A DNA stretch of 64,000 bases from a virus, in IMG/VR virus record IMGVR_UViG_3300045988_058602, positions 90,765 through 154,764 of that record; one strand, 5' to 3'. Below are positions 20,077 to 29,181 of this stretch, in pieces. The notes below the pieces were generated by a model that had not been told where the DNA came from, did no database searches, and saw only the letters and a program-made list of their open reading frames with translations. A program made the translations under genes and the position numbers. How positions within the stretch are numbered: the first letter of the stretch is position 1; every line of letters begins with the position of its first letter.

Positions 20077-20628
20077 TTACTCCAGACTAATTAAACCCTT
20101 CTCTAACATAATATGGTGATTCGGACATAACCATACTAAATTATTCTCGTTGTTAATCTCCTTAATAAGAGTGTCTTCGTCAAATTCTAATATTCCTTTA
20201 AGATGATGTACTTCAAGTATTGCATCAAATTCATGATTATGACAATATTGACATACTTTCTCACGTTCGGAACTTTCTAATACTCTACGAGCATTAGTCC
20301 TTATTTCTTGACATTTAGATGATAAGTACTTCTGCCCAGATGTATAATAACCTAATGTTTTGTTACCAATTCCATTAAGTTCTTCCCAGCAACTACGACA
20401 CATTTCTGAATCTTTATGCTTAGGTTTACCACATCTAGGACATATCTTGTTTTCATCGTGCTTTATCCTACCTCTATTATTGTAAGAAGCAGCACACGAA
20501 TGACTACAAAACTGTTTCTTCCTCACATCTGCGACCCTCTGATTATCTAGTACTTCGATTACCTTACCACATTCCTTACAGTGGTTAGGATTCTCATAAT
20601 ACAATTTAAGAGATTGTTCTCGATTCAC
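20077..20628 (-). CDS. HNH endonuclease with Cys-rich zinc-finger region
   Basis: C-terminal HNH motif with histidines (EVHHLKG...LCPNHH) plus several CxxC pairs. Confidence 0.65.
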   Translation of the reverse strand: MNREQSLKLYYENPNHCKECGKVIEVLDNQRVADVRKKQFCSHSCAASYNNRGRIKHDENKICPRCGKPKHKDSEMCRSCWEELNGIGNKTLGYYTSGQKYLSSKCQEIRTNARRVLESSEREKVCQYCHNHEFDAILEVHHLKGILEFDEDTLIKEINNENNLVWLCPNHHIMLEKGLISLE

Positions 20629-20778
20629 AGATAAGTTTAATTAATTTTAATGACAGTGTGATATGCAAGCCATTACACCACAGCCTCGATATTTAATCCC
20701 AGTACCATATTTCTCTGAGGATTTTTACTTGTTGTTTGATTTGTTCAGAAATTTTCTACATATTATTTACAGTGTTAG

Positions 20779-20850
20779 TTGGGAAGGGCAGAGTTGAACT
20801 GCCGTCTAGAAATTATCAGTTTCTTGTTCTAACCGTTAAACTACATCCCA
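20779..20850 (-). tRNA. tRNA-Ile(GAT)
   Basis: Manual fold: anticodon stem AGAAA/TTTCT, loop CTGATAA, T-loop TTCAACT. Confidence 0.65.
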
Positions 20851-20876
20851 ATCGGTTGAACTATAGCCCTGTCATG

Positions 20877-21438
20877 TGGACCTAACGGGAGTCGAACCCG
20901 TGTCCAAACAACCCTTATTACAAGGATAACGTGCGTCTCATTTTTATTACATCAGCTAGTGAGTTCTAGCATTTAGATAGTTTTATTAGAAGAGCTGGAT
21001 TCTTTACAGTAGAGGTGAACCAGCAGTCCTCCTACTAACTAATTTACAAACTACCAAACTGGGGGGCTGACTAGAAGTCATTCTTCCACCACTCCATTTA
21101 CGTTGGAGAACGTCTATTTGTAGCCCATAGATAGGCAGTGGAGATTTCAGCTCTACTAACCTTTGGCTTTCAAGTTAATGCATCTAAGCTTCACTGTAAC
21201 CTGTAGGTACTATGATTCTTCCCCGAAGGTCTCGTTATAACACTTAGATACAAACCTCTTCTGTTTCTAGGTCTCCCCATTAACCCGACTTGATTAATAT
21301 TGTCTATTAATAAGTCAGCAGCTTAGGCTGCCATTCTTACAGGTGCAATTTCTGCAGTTATTTGTTTTCTTCGTTTAAAGAGATTGCGCTCTACACGTCC
21401 TTATAATTCGTAATCGCCTGTCAAATCCAAGTAGGCCC
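20877..21438 (-). ncRNA. ssrA: tmRNA (ssrA)-like gene
   Basis: 5' end GGGCCTACTTGGATTTGACAGGCG resembles the tmRNA 5' tRNA-like domain. The 3' end GGACACGGGTTCGACTCCCGTTAGGTCCA resembles the tmRNA T-arm and acceptor. The 5' GGGCCTA pairs with the 3' TAGGTCC. An internal candidate tag frame reads GCAGAAATTGCACCTGTAAGAATGGCAGCCTAA, i.e. AEIAPVRMAA followed by a stop. Confidence 0.6.
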
Positions 21439-21480
21439 ATGTTCCAGTTTATCTCTGATTAGAAAACTGGAGAAAAGAAA

Positions 21481-21738
21481 TTATAGCATTATAGTTGAGC
21501 CAGGAGGCAAAATTGTGACCTTACAAGTAAGCAAACGACGCGTATCCTCAACAGTAAACAGCTTAGGATAGCATAGACCGCTACGCCCACCAATGATAAT
21601 TAAAGCATCTCCGTACCTCTGAACTATAGTTCCAGGCTCCATTTCCTCGTCACAGAACCAATTTACAATCTCAGCTACATCTCCATCTTTCATATTTGTA
21701 AGATGTGTTGTGATTGTCTTATTAATTACTTTTGCCAT
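21481..21738 (-). CDS. hypothetical protein (85 aa)
   Basis: Intact ORF. Confidence 0.4.
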   Translation of the reverse strand: MAKVINKTITTHLTNMKDGDVAEIVNWFCDEEMEPGTIVQRYGDALIIIGGRSGLCYPKLFTVEDTRRLLTCKVTILPPGSTIML

Positions 21739-22300
21739 GTAAACACTGTTTTAATATTTCCTTAGTAACTACTCTATCAGCTTCTCTAGATAGCTTATCC
21801 AACTTTTCTAAGTCAAACTCGCTAGACTGGAACTTAAATTGAATCCAAGTTGGTTCACTAGGTCTATAGTCTAAATAAGTCTCACACTTATCAGTTCCCA
21901 AAACCTCATGCACCATAGCTAATATACGTTCACCAGCAGCTTTAGTTTTTACGAATCCAGATAAATCATATCCAACACCTCTAGAACTCCAGTATTCTCC
22001 TTCCTCTGGACGAATGTCTTTTGGTTCCCAATGCCAGGCAGAAACACCGGACCTAGGATGAGCAATACGATGAGCATACTCCATTACGGATTCCGAATTT
22101 GGATCAGAAGGATTCTCTGGATGAGAGCCATATTGCACTATGCCTTTTCCGTTATCACTTCTTATTTCGAATGTTAGTTTACAATGTCTGCAAGTTCCAG
22201 AGGTAACTCCTCCGCAAGAGAAACAACCACTGGTCACAGAATCACATCCACAATTAGGACAACCCCATTCCTTAAATTCTGAGAATAATATAGATAACAT
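21722..22300 (-). CDS. hypothetical Cys-rich protein (192 aa)
   Basis: Intact ORF; CPNCGC...CFSCGG...CRHC. Confidence 0.45.
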   Translation of the reverse strand: MLSILFSEFKEWGCPNCGCDSVTSGCFSCGGVTSGTCRHCKLTFEIRSDNGKGIVQYGSHPENPSDPNSESVMEYAHRIAHPRSGVSAWHWEPKDIRPEEGEYWSSRGVGYDLSGFVKTKAAGERILAMVHEVLGTDKCETYLDYRPSEPTWIQFKFQSSEFDLEKLDKLSREADRVVTKEILKQCLHGKSN

Positions 22301-22596
22301 TATTTATTAAGCTTAAATTCTACTTCCTTTAATACAACGTATCTCTTACCGTCTTCCTTCTGTTCTATACAACCATTGGCCTGTAGAAAATTAATTATGA
22401 AGTCCATAGGAATGTGGTAATTGTCAGTTACAAGCATACTGCCATCAATATGATAGCGTTCTTTTCTCTCTAATCTAGTGGGATTACCATTTATAGTAAT
22501 CTCACCAGAACATTCATTATCCTTATCTGGTTTAATTCCCTTTATGTAAATAGAATAACCAGCTTCAGCTAAATAAACTTGTTGTATTACACTCAT
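22300..22596 (-). CDS. hypothetical protein (98 aa)
   Basis: Intact ORF. Confidence 0.4.
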   Translation of the reverse strand: MSVIQQVYLAEAGYSIYIKGIKPDKDNECSGEITINGNPTRLERKERYHIDGSMLVTDNYHIPMDFIINFLQANGCIEQKEDGKRYVVLKEVEFKLNK

Positions 22597-23018
22597 AGTT
22601 TTGGAACATCAGAACGGTTATCATGATAGCCCTCGTCCCCAACAAGTTGGGCTAAACAACCGTGCATATAAGGAACAAGTTCGGGTTTCTCCTTATAACA
22701 CCTGTATAGCATCCAACTCATGCTCATAGAGTTTCCACTATGACCATTATCAAAGTACGGAAGTTTGTCTTTGATAGCCTCAATCAGCTCAAATAAGCTA
22801 GGATATTTCTCATAGAAGGCTTTACATTCCTCTAGACTCATTTCTTTGAAAAACTCGGTAAACGATAAGGCTTGCTTTATACAACCCATTTCATAACCAA
22901 ATAGGTCATTTTCTTCAAATGTACCATCACCAGCTTCAACGAACAAACGATTGAAACGTTCGATTCTCTCCTGAAATTCTTTCGGAAGAGATTCCTTTGT
23001 AAGATTCTTGAAATCCAT
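22593..23018 (-). CDS. hypothetical protein (141 aa)
   Basis: Intact ORF. Confidence 0.45.
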   Translation of the reverse strand: MDFKNLTKESLPKEFQERIERFNRLFVEAGDGTFEENDLFGYEMGCIKQALSFTEFFKEMSLEECKAFYEKYPSLFELIEAIKDKLPYFDNGHSGNSMSMSWMLYRCYKEKPELVPYMHGCLAQLVGDEGYHDNRSDVPKL

Positions 23019-23041
23019 AATCTAATTTTAATTGTTAAAAA

Positions 23042-23112
23042 TAACTTAGTAGCGGGAGTCGGATTCGAACCGACGACCTTCAGGTTATGAGCCTGACTAG
23101 CTACCTCTGCTA
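23042..23112 (-). tRNA. tRNA-Met(CAT), copy 1
   Basis: D-stem TAGC/GCTA, anticodon stem TCAGG/CCTGA, loop CTCATAA. Confidence 0.6.
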
Positions 23113-23125
23113 TCATCCCGCGATA

Positions 23126-23311
23126 TTACAAATGCTTTTTAATTAGTTTACAACGATTATACTCTCCTCCCCATCTAATAGGAAACTCTTTTTCCTTAGC
23201 CTCTTTATACTTCTCTGCCTGTTTCTTGTCTAAGAAGATTTGGCAATCAGTTTCATAATTTTGAGGAGCATTAGCTGGGTGATAATTTACTACAACTACA
23301 TATACTTTCAT
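23126..23311 (-). CDS. hypothetical protein (61 aa)
   Basis: Short intact ORF. Confidence 0.3.
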   Translation of the reverse strand: MKVYVVVVNYHPANAPQNYETDCQIFLDKKQAEKYKEAKEKEFPIRWGGEYNRCKLIKKHL

Positions 23312-23336
23312 AATTTTTTAAATAAAGTTTGTGGAC

Positions 23337-23404
23337 ACGCAGGGACTCGAACCCTATCTTCCGGTGTGCAAAACCAGCGCTCTAGCCATTTGAGCTAACG
23401 GCCC
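23337..23404 (-). tRNA. tRNA-Ala(TGC)-like, possibly defective
   Basis: 5' half GGGCCGTTAGCTCAAATGGCTAGAGCGCTGGTTTTGCACACCGG is a canonical Ala 5' half with the G3:U70 pair, but the 3' acceptor strand pairs at only 4 of 7 positions. Confidence 0.4.
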
Positions 23405-23931
23405 ATTTTTGGGATTTTCTTTTTAATTGGTGACATACCCATAAATTTCCACTGTTAAGATTCCATAACTTAACAACACCAGATAAGTTTTTTTTGTTTG
23501 AATCATGTTCTAGTAGCATAAGTTCGCAACCATGCTACTCTCTCAGTTCATCGACTATCGTGTCAGAAAAGGTCTTTATGATTCCGCAGGGACTGGCTTC
23601 AACTTAAACCCCGAATGGATTTTTACCTTGCCAGGTCAGGATATTATTACGTTTCTAGCACTCTGAATTGATTTAGCCTGTTTAATCTTATAATCACGAA
23701 CTACTTCTTTCATATAAGAGTTAAATTCCTTCATGTCTTTCCATGAAATCTCATTAGCTAGTTTTGGAGTTTGAAACATTTTGTACTTTTCTAATAGGTC
23801 TTTCATTTCTCTCTTTAGTTTTCAAAGCATTTTCACACGCTTGTTTCTTCATTACATATGGACAATCACAATTTCCACTGTAGTACCAACAACAATAATC
23901 ACACTGATGCATAATCTAATATAAGGTCAAT

Positions 23932-24003
23932 AGCTGGGGCACATGGACTCGAACCATGATTCTTTGATTAACAGTCAAAAGTTCTGACCTTTGAACTATA
24001 CCC
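23932..24003 (-). tRNA. tRNA-Asn(GTT)
   Basis: Acceptor TGGGGTA/TGCCCCA, anticodon loop CTGTTAA. Confidence 0.65.
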
Positions 24004-24249
24004 CAATAGTTAATTTTCTCCACGGGTGTAGATAAGTACCCCTTTGGTACTTACCTTTTAGTAGTATCTTTACTCTAGACCTCTGTAGGGAGGTGGAATA
24101 GTTCCAGAAACTAACCATGTATAGCTCTTAGAACTCTGTTCAAAATACCACTTAGCAGCTTTCTTCACAACATTAATTACTTTCTTCATAACATCAAAGT
24201 TTAAAATTGTTAATAATTAATCTAATTCAGAGCCACAAAAGGAGTTTCG

Positions 24250-24328
24250 TTGCGGAGGTAGGATTCGAACCGTTTATGACGATTTCTAGGTTATGAGCCT
24301 AGCGAGATGACCACTTCTCTACTCCACG
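24250..24328 (-). tRNA. tRNA with CAT anticodon (Met or Ile2-type), copy 2, with an aberrant T-stem
   Basis: Good D-arm GAGA/TCTC and anticodon arm CTAGG-CTCATAA-CCTAG, but poor T-stem pairing and an odd variable region. Confidence 0.4.
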
Positions 24329-24474
24329 ATATTGGTAGCCACTTTACATCCGCTACCCAGGGATGCCTCTATCACCAGTGAGGCACGGACTATTCTAACC
24401 GTATAGCACGACTGGTTGGTAACGTCTCCAGACACGGCATTTAGACTGAAAATGTCGAAACAGTGATTTAAAGA

Positions 24475-25110
24475 TTAAATAGGCTCTGGAAGATATTTCC
24501 AAATATAGCCATACTATGATTTGGTTTTATTCTTACAGCATCCTATAATATGACTCTATGCAGATTTATTGTCAGTAATTCCGTTATTAATTAACCATTC
24601 CTAAGCTTCTCTGGAACCAAAGAATACCTGTATAAAATTACCTGCTAAGTCATACTAAGCAATTAACTTTGCGTTACTTTTTCTAATTTTTATATTATTT
24701 GCCTTCAAAACTTTGTAAATAGTGTCTTTACAGCACCCTATTTTTTCTTGTATCTAAGAACTAGTATATCCCAATCTAGCTAATTCTACAATTTCACTAT
24801 GATTGTATAGAATAGTGCCATCTCCTCCTTTAGAGGCATTGTACCCATTAGAACCATAAGTTCCTAGCTCTTTTATCCAATAGATTTCTCTTTCAGATAA
24901 TTCAGAGTTACTATCTACATATTCCAATTCCTCTATCATAAAGTTCTCAACACCATACTTATTCATGGCATCATATAAAGGTCTTTTGTTGCATCTTTCT
25001 TTCTAAAAGTCATAACAATGTTCCTTCCAGCGCTCTTCTATAGAAGTAGTAGTTTTTCCTACGTATCGCTTGCTATTAATTAAATTTGTAATGCAATAAA
25101 TATATGCCAT
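24475..25110 (-). CDS. GIY-YIG homing endonuclease (I-TevI/Seg-like) with 6 in-frame TAG codons
   Basis: N-terminal YIYCITNLINSKRYVGKT is a GIY-(10 aa)-YIG motif, and the C-terminus YGYIWKY is typical of Seg-type endonucleases. A single 212-codon frame is uninterrupted by TAA or TGA but contains 6 TAGs. The ORF-track fragments 24754-24966 and 25003-25266 are pieces of this gene. Confidence 0.6.
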
Positions 25111-25131
25111 ATTTTTAAATTTAAAATTAGA

Positions 25132-25216
25132 ATCCGTGGAGGGATTCGAACCCTCATTAAAGATTTCTCTTTTCAGTTTTGCAGACTGATGGCTAAACCA
25201 TTCACCCACACGGATA
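25132..25216 (-). tRNA. class II tRNA (long variable arm) with anticodon GCA and U73
   Basis: Acceptor ATCCGTG/CACGGAT, anticodon stem TCAGT/ACTGA, loop CTGCAAA, variable-arm hairpin AAAGA-GAAA-TCTTT; unusual body for a Cys anticodon. Confidence 0.45.
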
Positions 25217-25519
25217 TTAAGATTTAAAGTACTTCTCTCTAAATGGGATATTAAATAATGAATCATTAATATCCTTATCAGTTATTTCCCTACCTAGAGC
25301 CTTCTCCGCACATTCGCTACAGATAAACACATGGTGGTCTGGATAATAATCTTTACCTCCCCCTTTGTAATAAGAGGAGAATTTCTTTGCAGCTTCTTTT
25401 TCAAAATTGGTTAGCTTAAAGTAATTTATTATCTTGTTCCAAACCTCATCAATAAACATTGGAGAGTTATGGTCTCCATAATAAAATTCTTTATTACATA
25501 CTGTACACTTTATTTTCAT
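25217..25519 (-). CDS. Cys-rich zinc-ribbon-like protein (100 aa)
   Basis: CTVCNKEF...FICSECAEKAL. Confidence 0.4.
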   Translation of the reverse strand: MKIKCTVCNKEFYYGDHNSPMFIDEVWNKIINYFKLTNFEKEAAKKFSSYYKGGGKDYYPDHHVFICSECAEKALGREITDKDINDSLFNIPFREKYFKS

Positions 25520-25523
25520 AAAA

Positions 25524-25595
25524 CTTAAATTTTGAGTAGGTAATGAGAATCGAACTCACATCCTCGGCATGGCAAGCCGATGCACTAACCATTGT
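25524..25595 (-). tRNA. tRNA-Gly(GCC)
   Basis: Perfect acceptor GTAGGTA/TACCTAC, anticodon loop TTGCCAT. Confidence 0.65.
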
Positions 25596-25600
25596 GCTAT

Positions 25601-25675
25601 ACCTACAAATGTGCAGATAGAGAGACTCGAACTCTCCCCTTCAGATTGGAAGTCTGACGTGCTCAAACCATTAAC
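25601..25675 (-). tRNA. tRNA-Gly(TCC)
   Basis: Acceptor GCAGATG/TATCTGC, anticodon stem TCAGA/TCTGA, loop CTTCCAA. Confidence 0.6.
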
Positions 25676-25722
25676 ACCACATCTGCATTACGGAGAGTTA
25701 TACGATACTCTCCTAAACGTTA

Positions 25723-26067
25723 CTACGAATGTAGTAATTCTTGGGCCTCAATTTCGCCAATTATTTTAGTAAGTGCGATCTTGAATGGATTTCCCTTGAT
25801 TTTGTCGAAGAGATTGGCATCGCGTACCTCCTCAACTTTGTCTGGAACATTCAATTTTCTTTTACCGTTGTCTACGGTTTTCCATGTGATAACTGTGCAA
25901 CGCTTAACGTCATAAACGCTGTCGTTGCGATCAACGAACACCTTGAAGAAGTTTCTTTTGTGCTTTACTACCTCAACTCTTTTGAAGTTTTTGATAGGTG
26001 CGTGCATTTTCAAGTCACATCTTCCATTAGCTAAGAAAATCAATTCTGCCATAATAATACTCTGCAT
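25723..26067 (-). CDS. hypothetical protein (114 aa)
   Basis: Intact ORF. Confidence 0.45.
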   Translation of the reverse strand: MQSIIMAELIFLANGRCDLKMHAPIKNFKRVEVVKHKRNFFKVFVDRNDSVYDVKRCTVITWKTVDNGKRKLNVPDKVEEVRDANLFDKIKGNPFKIALTKIIGEIEAQELLHS

Positions 26068-26170
26068 AGTCAGAGATTCAAAGTTAAACTATGTTAATTA
26101 CAGTGCTATTCCCTGTCAGTCATTTCATTTTTAAACCAGTTACTATTCTTCACCTTAAAACGAACAAAAG

Positions 26171-26572
26171 TTATATAGAAATATAGTTTTTTCCATATTT
26201 ACTAATAAAGCCATCAACCCAGTCTCTCATGTCCTGGTCAGAATCGAAGTAAATATACTCCGCATCCTTCTTAGAGAAGGTAATCTTCACAGAAGCCTTC
26301 ACGTAAACTTCCTTATCTTTAAGGAAATTATAACTCTCTAGAGCCTTCTCTATTTCACTTATACTGTATTTATGGTCATCAAATGACCATGGAGTCATCC
26401 AGTATTCTCTGTCTATATGCTTACTACGTCTCCACCAAAGAAATCCGACTTTCTTGTCGTATACTTCATGGTAATAATTCCAGTCTTCATCTCTATGGGC
26501 TGGACGAACATAGATTTTATTTATAGTCAGTACATTAATCAGTATATCTCTCTTCATATTCTTGAATCCCAT
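26171..26572 (-). CDS. hypothetical protein (133 aa)
   Basis: Intact ORF. Confidence 0.45.
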   Translation of the reverse strand: MGFKNMKRDILINVLTINKIYVRPAHRDEDWNYYHEVYDKKVGFLWWRRSKHIDREYWMTPWSFDDHKYSISEIEKALESYNFLKDKEVYVKASVKITFSKKDAEYIYFDSDQDMRDWVDGFISKYGKNYISI

Positions 26573-26899
26573 CTATTATTTGTTTTCTCGCATTTCTGCG
26601 ATCTTTTCTATTCTCTTTTTTGTATTCGTATTGCGTCATTTTACTTCTATAAGGAGAAGTACAGTTTTTTAGCATTTTAGCATACTTAGAACCATCTAGA
26701 AAATCTGTAATTGATTCACAAACTCTTAATGCTTTATTCCTAAAAATAGGAACATTGTATTTTACAGTAGCTTTAATTCCATTAACAGGAATATAGAATC
26801 GTCCACAAGAATCATAGACCTTTTTAGCCCTAGAAACCCACTTTCTTTTAGAAAGCTCTCTTCTTAATTTTCTGTCCATAGGCAAATAAATTAGTGTAG
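26535..26899 (-). CDS. hypothetical basic protein (about 120 aa)
   Basis: The ORF-track start at 26924 would overlap tRNA-Cys; the start was trimmed to avoid that. Confidence 0.35.
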
Positions 26900-26973
26900 A
26901 ATCTGGAGTGGGATTCGAACCCACGAAACACGGTTTTGCAGACCGTTCCCTTAGACCGCTCGGGCATCTAGAC
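26900..26973 (-). tRNA. tRNA-Cys(GCA)
   Basis: Anticodon stem ACGGT/ACCGT, loop CTGCAAA, U73 discriminator, T-loop TTCGAAT. Confidence 0.6.
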
Positions 26974-26998
26974 GTAATGGGAGACTAGCTCCCAATTC

Positions 26999-28414
26999 TT
27001 AAAACACTAGAGGATTATAACTACCTCTACGATACAAAGAAGGTTTACTGTTAGGGTCTCTAACCCAGTAGTAGTTAATAACGTTATCGTCCCTAGTAAC
27101 CACAATCCCCAATTTCTTGTCAATAGAGATAACTTCATCCCCATGAAAATCGTCTCCTACTTTCAAGCTTGAGAACTTGACATATGAGGACACATAGTTA
27201 TAAGATAGATTGTGGAAGTTATGCTGACGATATTCATAATACTCGTTAAGAGCTTTTCTCTCCTCGGCTGTGCAGTTATCCTCATCTTTAACCATAGGCT
27301 TAGGCAAGGGATTGTTAAATCTTTCAACAGCTTTAGAGAACTCTTTTACAGAGAACTTGTTTTTGTCAGATGTAACTTCGTAGGAATATGCATATCCTCT
27401 AATGCAGGAGTATTCATACTCATTAGTTACCACATTGAAGAATCCTTTTGCTCTTCTTAAACCTTCAATTCCGTGAATGTTTACTTCATTAACTATTGTC
27501 TTAAGAATATCAATGGTAGATATAGTTAAAGAATCAATGAAGTCGAGCAAATCTTGACGTGCTTCTGGAACTTGTAGAACATCGTCTAAGTATTCATTCA
27601 CAATCTTCAGGTCGAGATTTCCAAACTCCTTGACATAACGAATGCGAGACGGGCGTCCAATCATGTTATCGTTAACGGTCATTTCGTTCGTAGTCAGCAA
27701 GAATACCTTGCGATAACCGGAATTATATACTCCATCCATAATTTGGAGAATAGTGGAGTCAGACTCATTGAAGTTCTTCTCAAACTCATCCAAGAATAGG
27801 ATACAGTCATTTTCGATACTTGAAAGAAATTCAATCATGCTTTGATTAGCATCTCCCATATCTTTTACTATGATGATAGGAAGGTTTAACTTGTTCGCCA
27901 ATTCCTTAGCTGTAACTGTCTTTCCAGTACCCTTCGTACCAGTCAGCATAATTCCCATGTTATCGGAAGTAGCATGATAAGTCTTAATTACGTGGTTAAT
28001 AAACTCCTCTTGCAAACCATACATTTTGTACGGGAATACAAACTTGTCGGTATGTCTTTCAAGATGAAAGCCGTTCCTAGTTAGGCAAATGTTGTAAATA
28101 CCTACTGGTAGAGTCTTCTCTACCTTGTAATCTGGGCTTACCTGACTGTAGATATTTCCAGAATACATCCAAACTTTGTTCATTTTTTCGTCTTCTAAAA
28201 TGTTATTTAATACAGATGCTTGTCTAATGCATCCAACTAATTGATTAGCTATTGATTCAATAGCTTCTTCGTCGTCTGTCTCCTTGGAGAGTCTCTCTAC
28301 GAACCACTTCTTGGAACGTTCAATCACTTGTTCATCAGTCTCACTTTCTTGAATAGTGTTTCCGAACTCATGATAAATACTAGTAAGCTTAGCTTCTAAT
28401 TCTTCCTGTGTCAT
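26999..28414 (-). CDS. AAA+ ATPase-domain protein (471 aa)
   Basis: Walker A GTKGTGKT and Walker B-like ILFLDEFE. Confidence 0.6.
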   Translation of the reverse strand: MTQEELEAKLTSIYHEFGNTIQESETDEQVIERSKKWFVERLSKETDDEEAIESIANQLVGCIRQASVLNNILEDEKMNKVWMYSGNIYSQVSPDYKVEKTLPVGIYNICLTRNGFHLERHTDKFVFPYKMYGLQEEFINHVIKTYHATSDNMGIMLTGTKGTGKTVTAKELANKLNLPIIIVKDMGDANQSMIEFLSSIENDCILFLDEFEKNFNESDSTILQIMDGVYNSGYRKVFLLTTNEMTVNDNMIGRPSRIRYVKEFGNLDLKIVNEYLDDVLQVPEARQDLLDFIDSLTISTIDILKTIVNEVNIHGIEGLRRAKGFFNVVTNEYEYSCIRGYAYSYEVTSDKNKFSVKEFSKAVERFNNPLPKPMVKDEDNCTAEERKALNEYYEYRQHNFHNLSYNYVSSYVKFSSLKVGDDFHGDEVISIDKKLGIVVTRDDNVINYYWVRDPNSKPSLYRRGSYNPLVF

Positions 28415-28594
28415 TAGTACTAATCATTATTATCTTTAATTAGGTTGCGAGCTTTGTCCATCCCAGACTCATAAGCTTCTACAACATACTGTATAGCAGT
28501 TTTTGAATCAATTTGATTCATGGAATTGCTATTTTCTACCAAATCTTGAATAATCTCACTTAACTCTGGCATATTTTTAATAAAATAAAGGTTG

Positions 28595-28675
28595 TAGGGT
28601 AGGTGAGACTCGAACTCACACGCCCGAAGGCACTAGATCCTAAGTCTAGCGCGTCTACCATTCCGCCACTACCCC
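28595..28675 (-). tRNA. tRNA-Leu(TAG), class II
   Basis: Anticodon stem CTAGA/TCTAG, loop CTTAGGA, variable arm TGCCTTCGGGCGT. Confidence 0.65.
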
Positions 28676-28680
28676 AACAG

Positions 28681-29181
28681 TTATAGTTCTATATTCTTTA
28701 TCTTAGGAGCTATATTAACCATTTCTCTATAATAATTACGTATTTTCTCAAATGCCTCATCAGGTATTATACTACAGTCAATTACTGATCTGTCATATAA
28801 CATATTACCAGGAAACCAGGCTATGTTTAGCATTCTCTGTTTAGAGTAAGTAATTCTGGTTTCTTTGGAGTCAATATAGACCTCATAGCAATCTTCGTTT
28901 ACCATACAAGAGTTGCCAAACTCTTTTGTTAGTTGGAAGTACATAAAAGAGTAATTATTGAAGTTAATTCTAAAACACTTCCCTACGTAGCTTTTAAACA
29001 GCTCTTCTCTTTTTTCCTCTTCCCTCCTTTTAGTATCTCTTCTTTCCTGTTCTTCTCTGTCTAGGTAATCACAATATTCCTGCAATGAACAGCCGGGATG
29101 CTTCTTAGCATATACTTTCATAGGATTTTCATTCCACATATCATACCATTTTAAGTTGCCCGTATACATCAAACCCTGCAA
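28681..29181 (-). CDS. hypothetical protein (166 aa)
   Basis: Intact ORF. Confidence 0.45.
   Translation of the reverse strand: MQGLMYTGNLKWYDMWNENPMKVYAKKHPGCSLQEYCDYLDREEQERRDTKRREEEKREELFKSYVGKCFRINFNNYSFMYFQLTKEFGNSCMVNEDCYEVYIDSKETRITYSKQRMLNIAWFPGNMLYDRSVIDCSIIPDEAFEKIRNYYREMVNIAPKIKNIEL

Noticed and set aside
20877-20960. A degenerate tRNA or att-site-like 3' tRNA fragment at 20878-20925
   Set aside because: Its partner acceptor strand GGGCCTA lies 560 nt upstream and the 5' end resembles tmRNA, so it was reinterpreted as the 3' end of a tmRNA-like gene. A permuted two-piece tmRNA was also considered but the downstream sequence is occupied by tRNA-Ile.
24329-24474. Group I intron splitting the adjacent CAT tRNA, with the endonuclease gene as an intron ORF
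   Set aside because: The D and anticodon arms of the tRNA are contiguous, and the endonuclease gene has its own start and stop outside any tRNA, so it is most simply a free-standing endonuclease gene as in T4 tRNA clusters.
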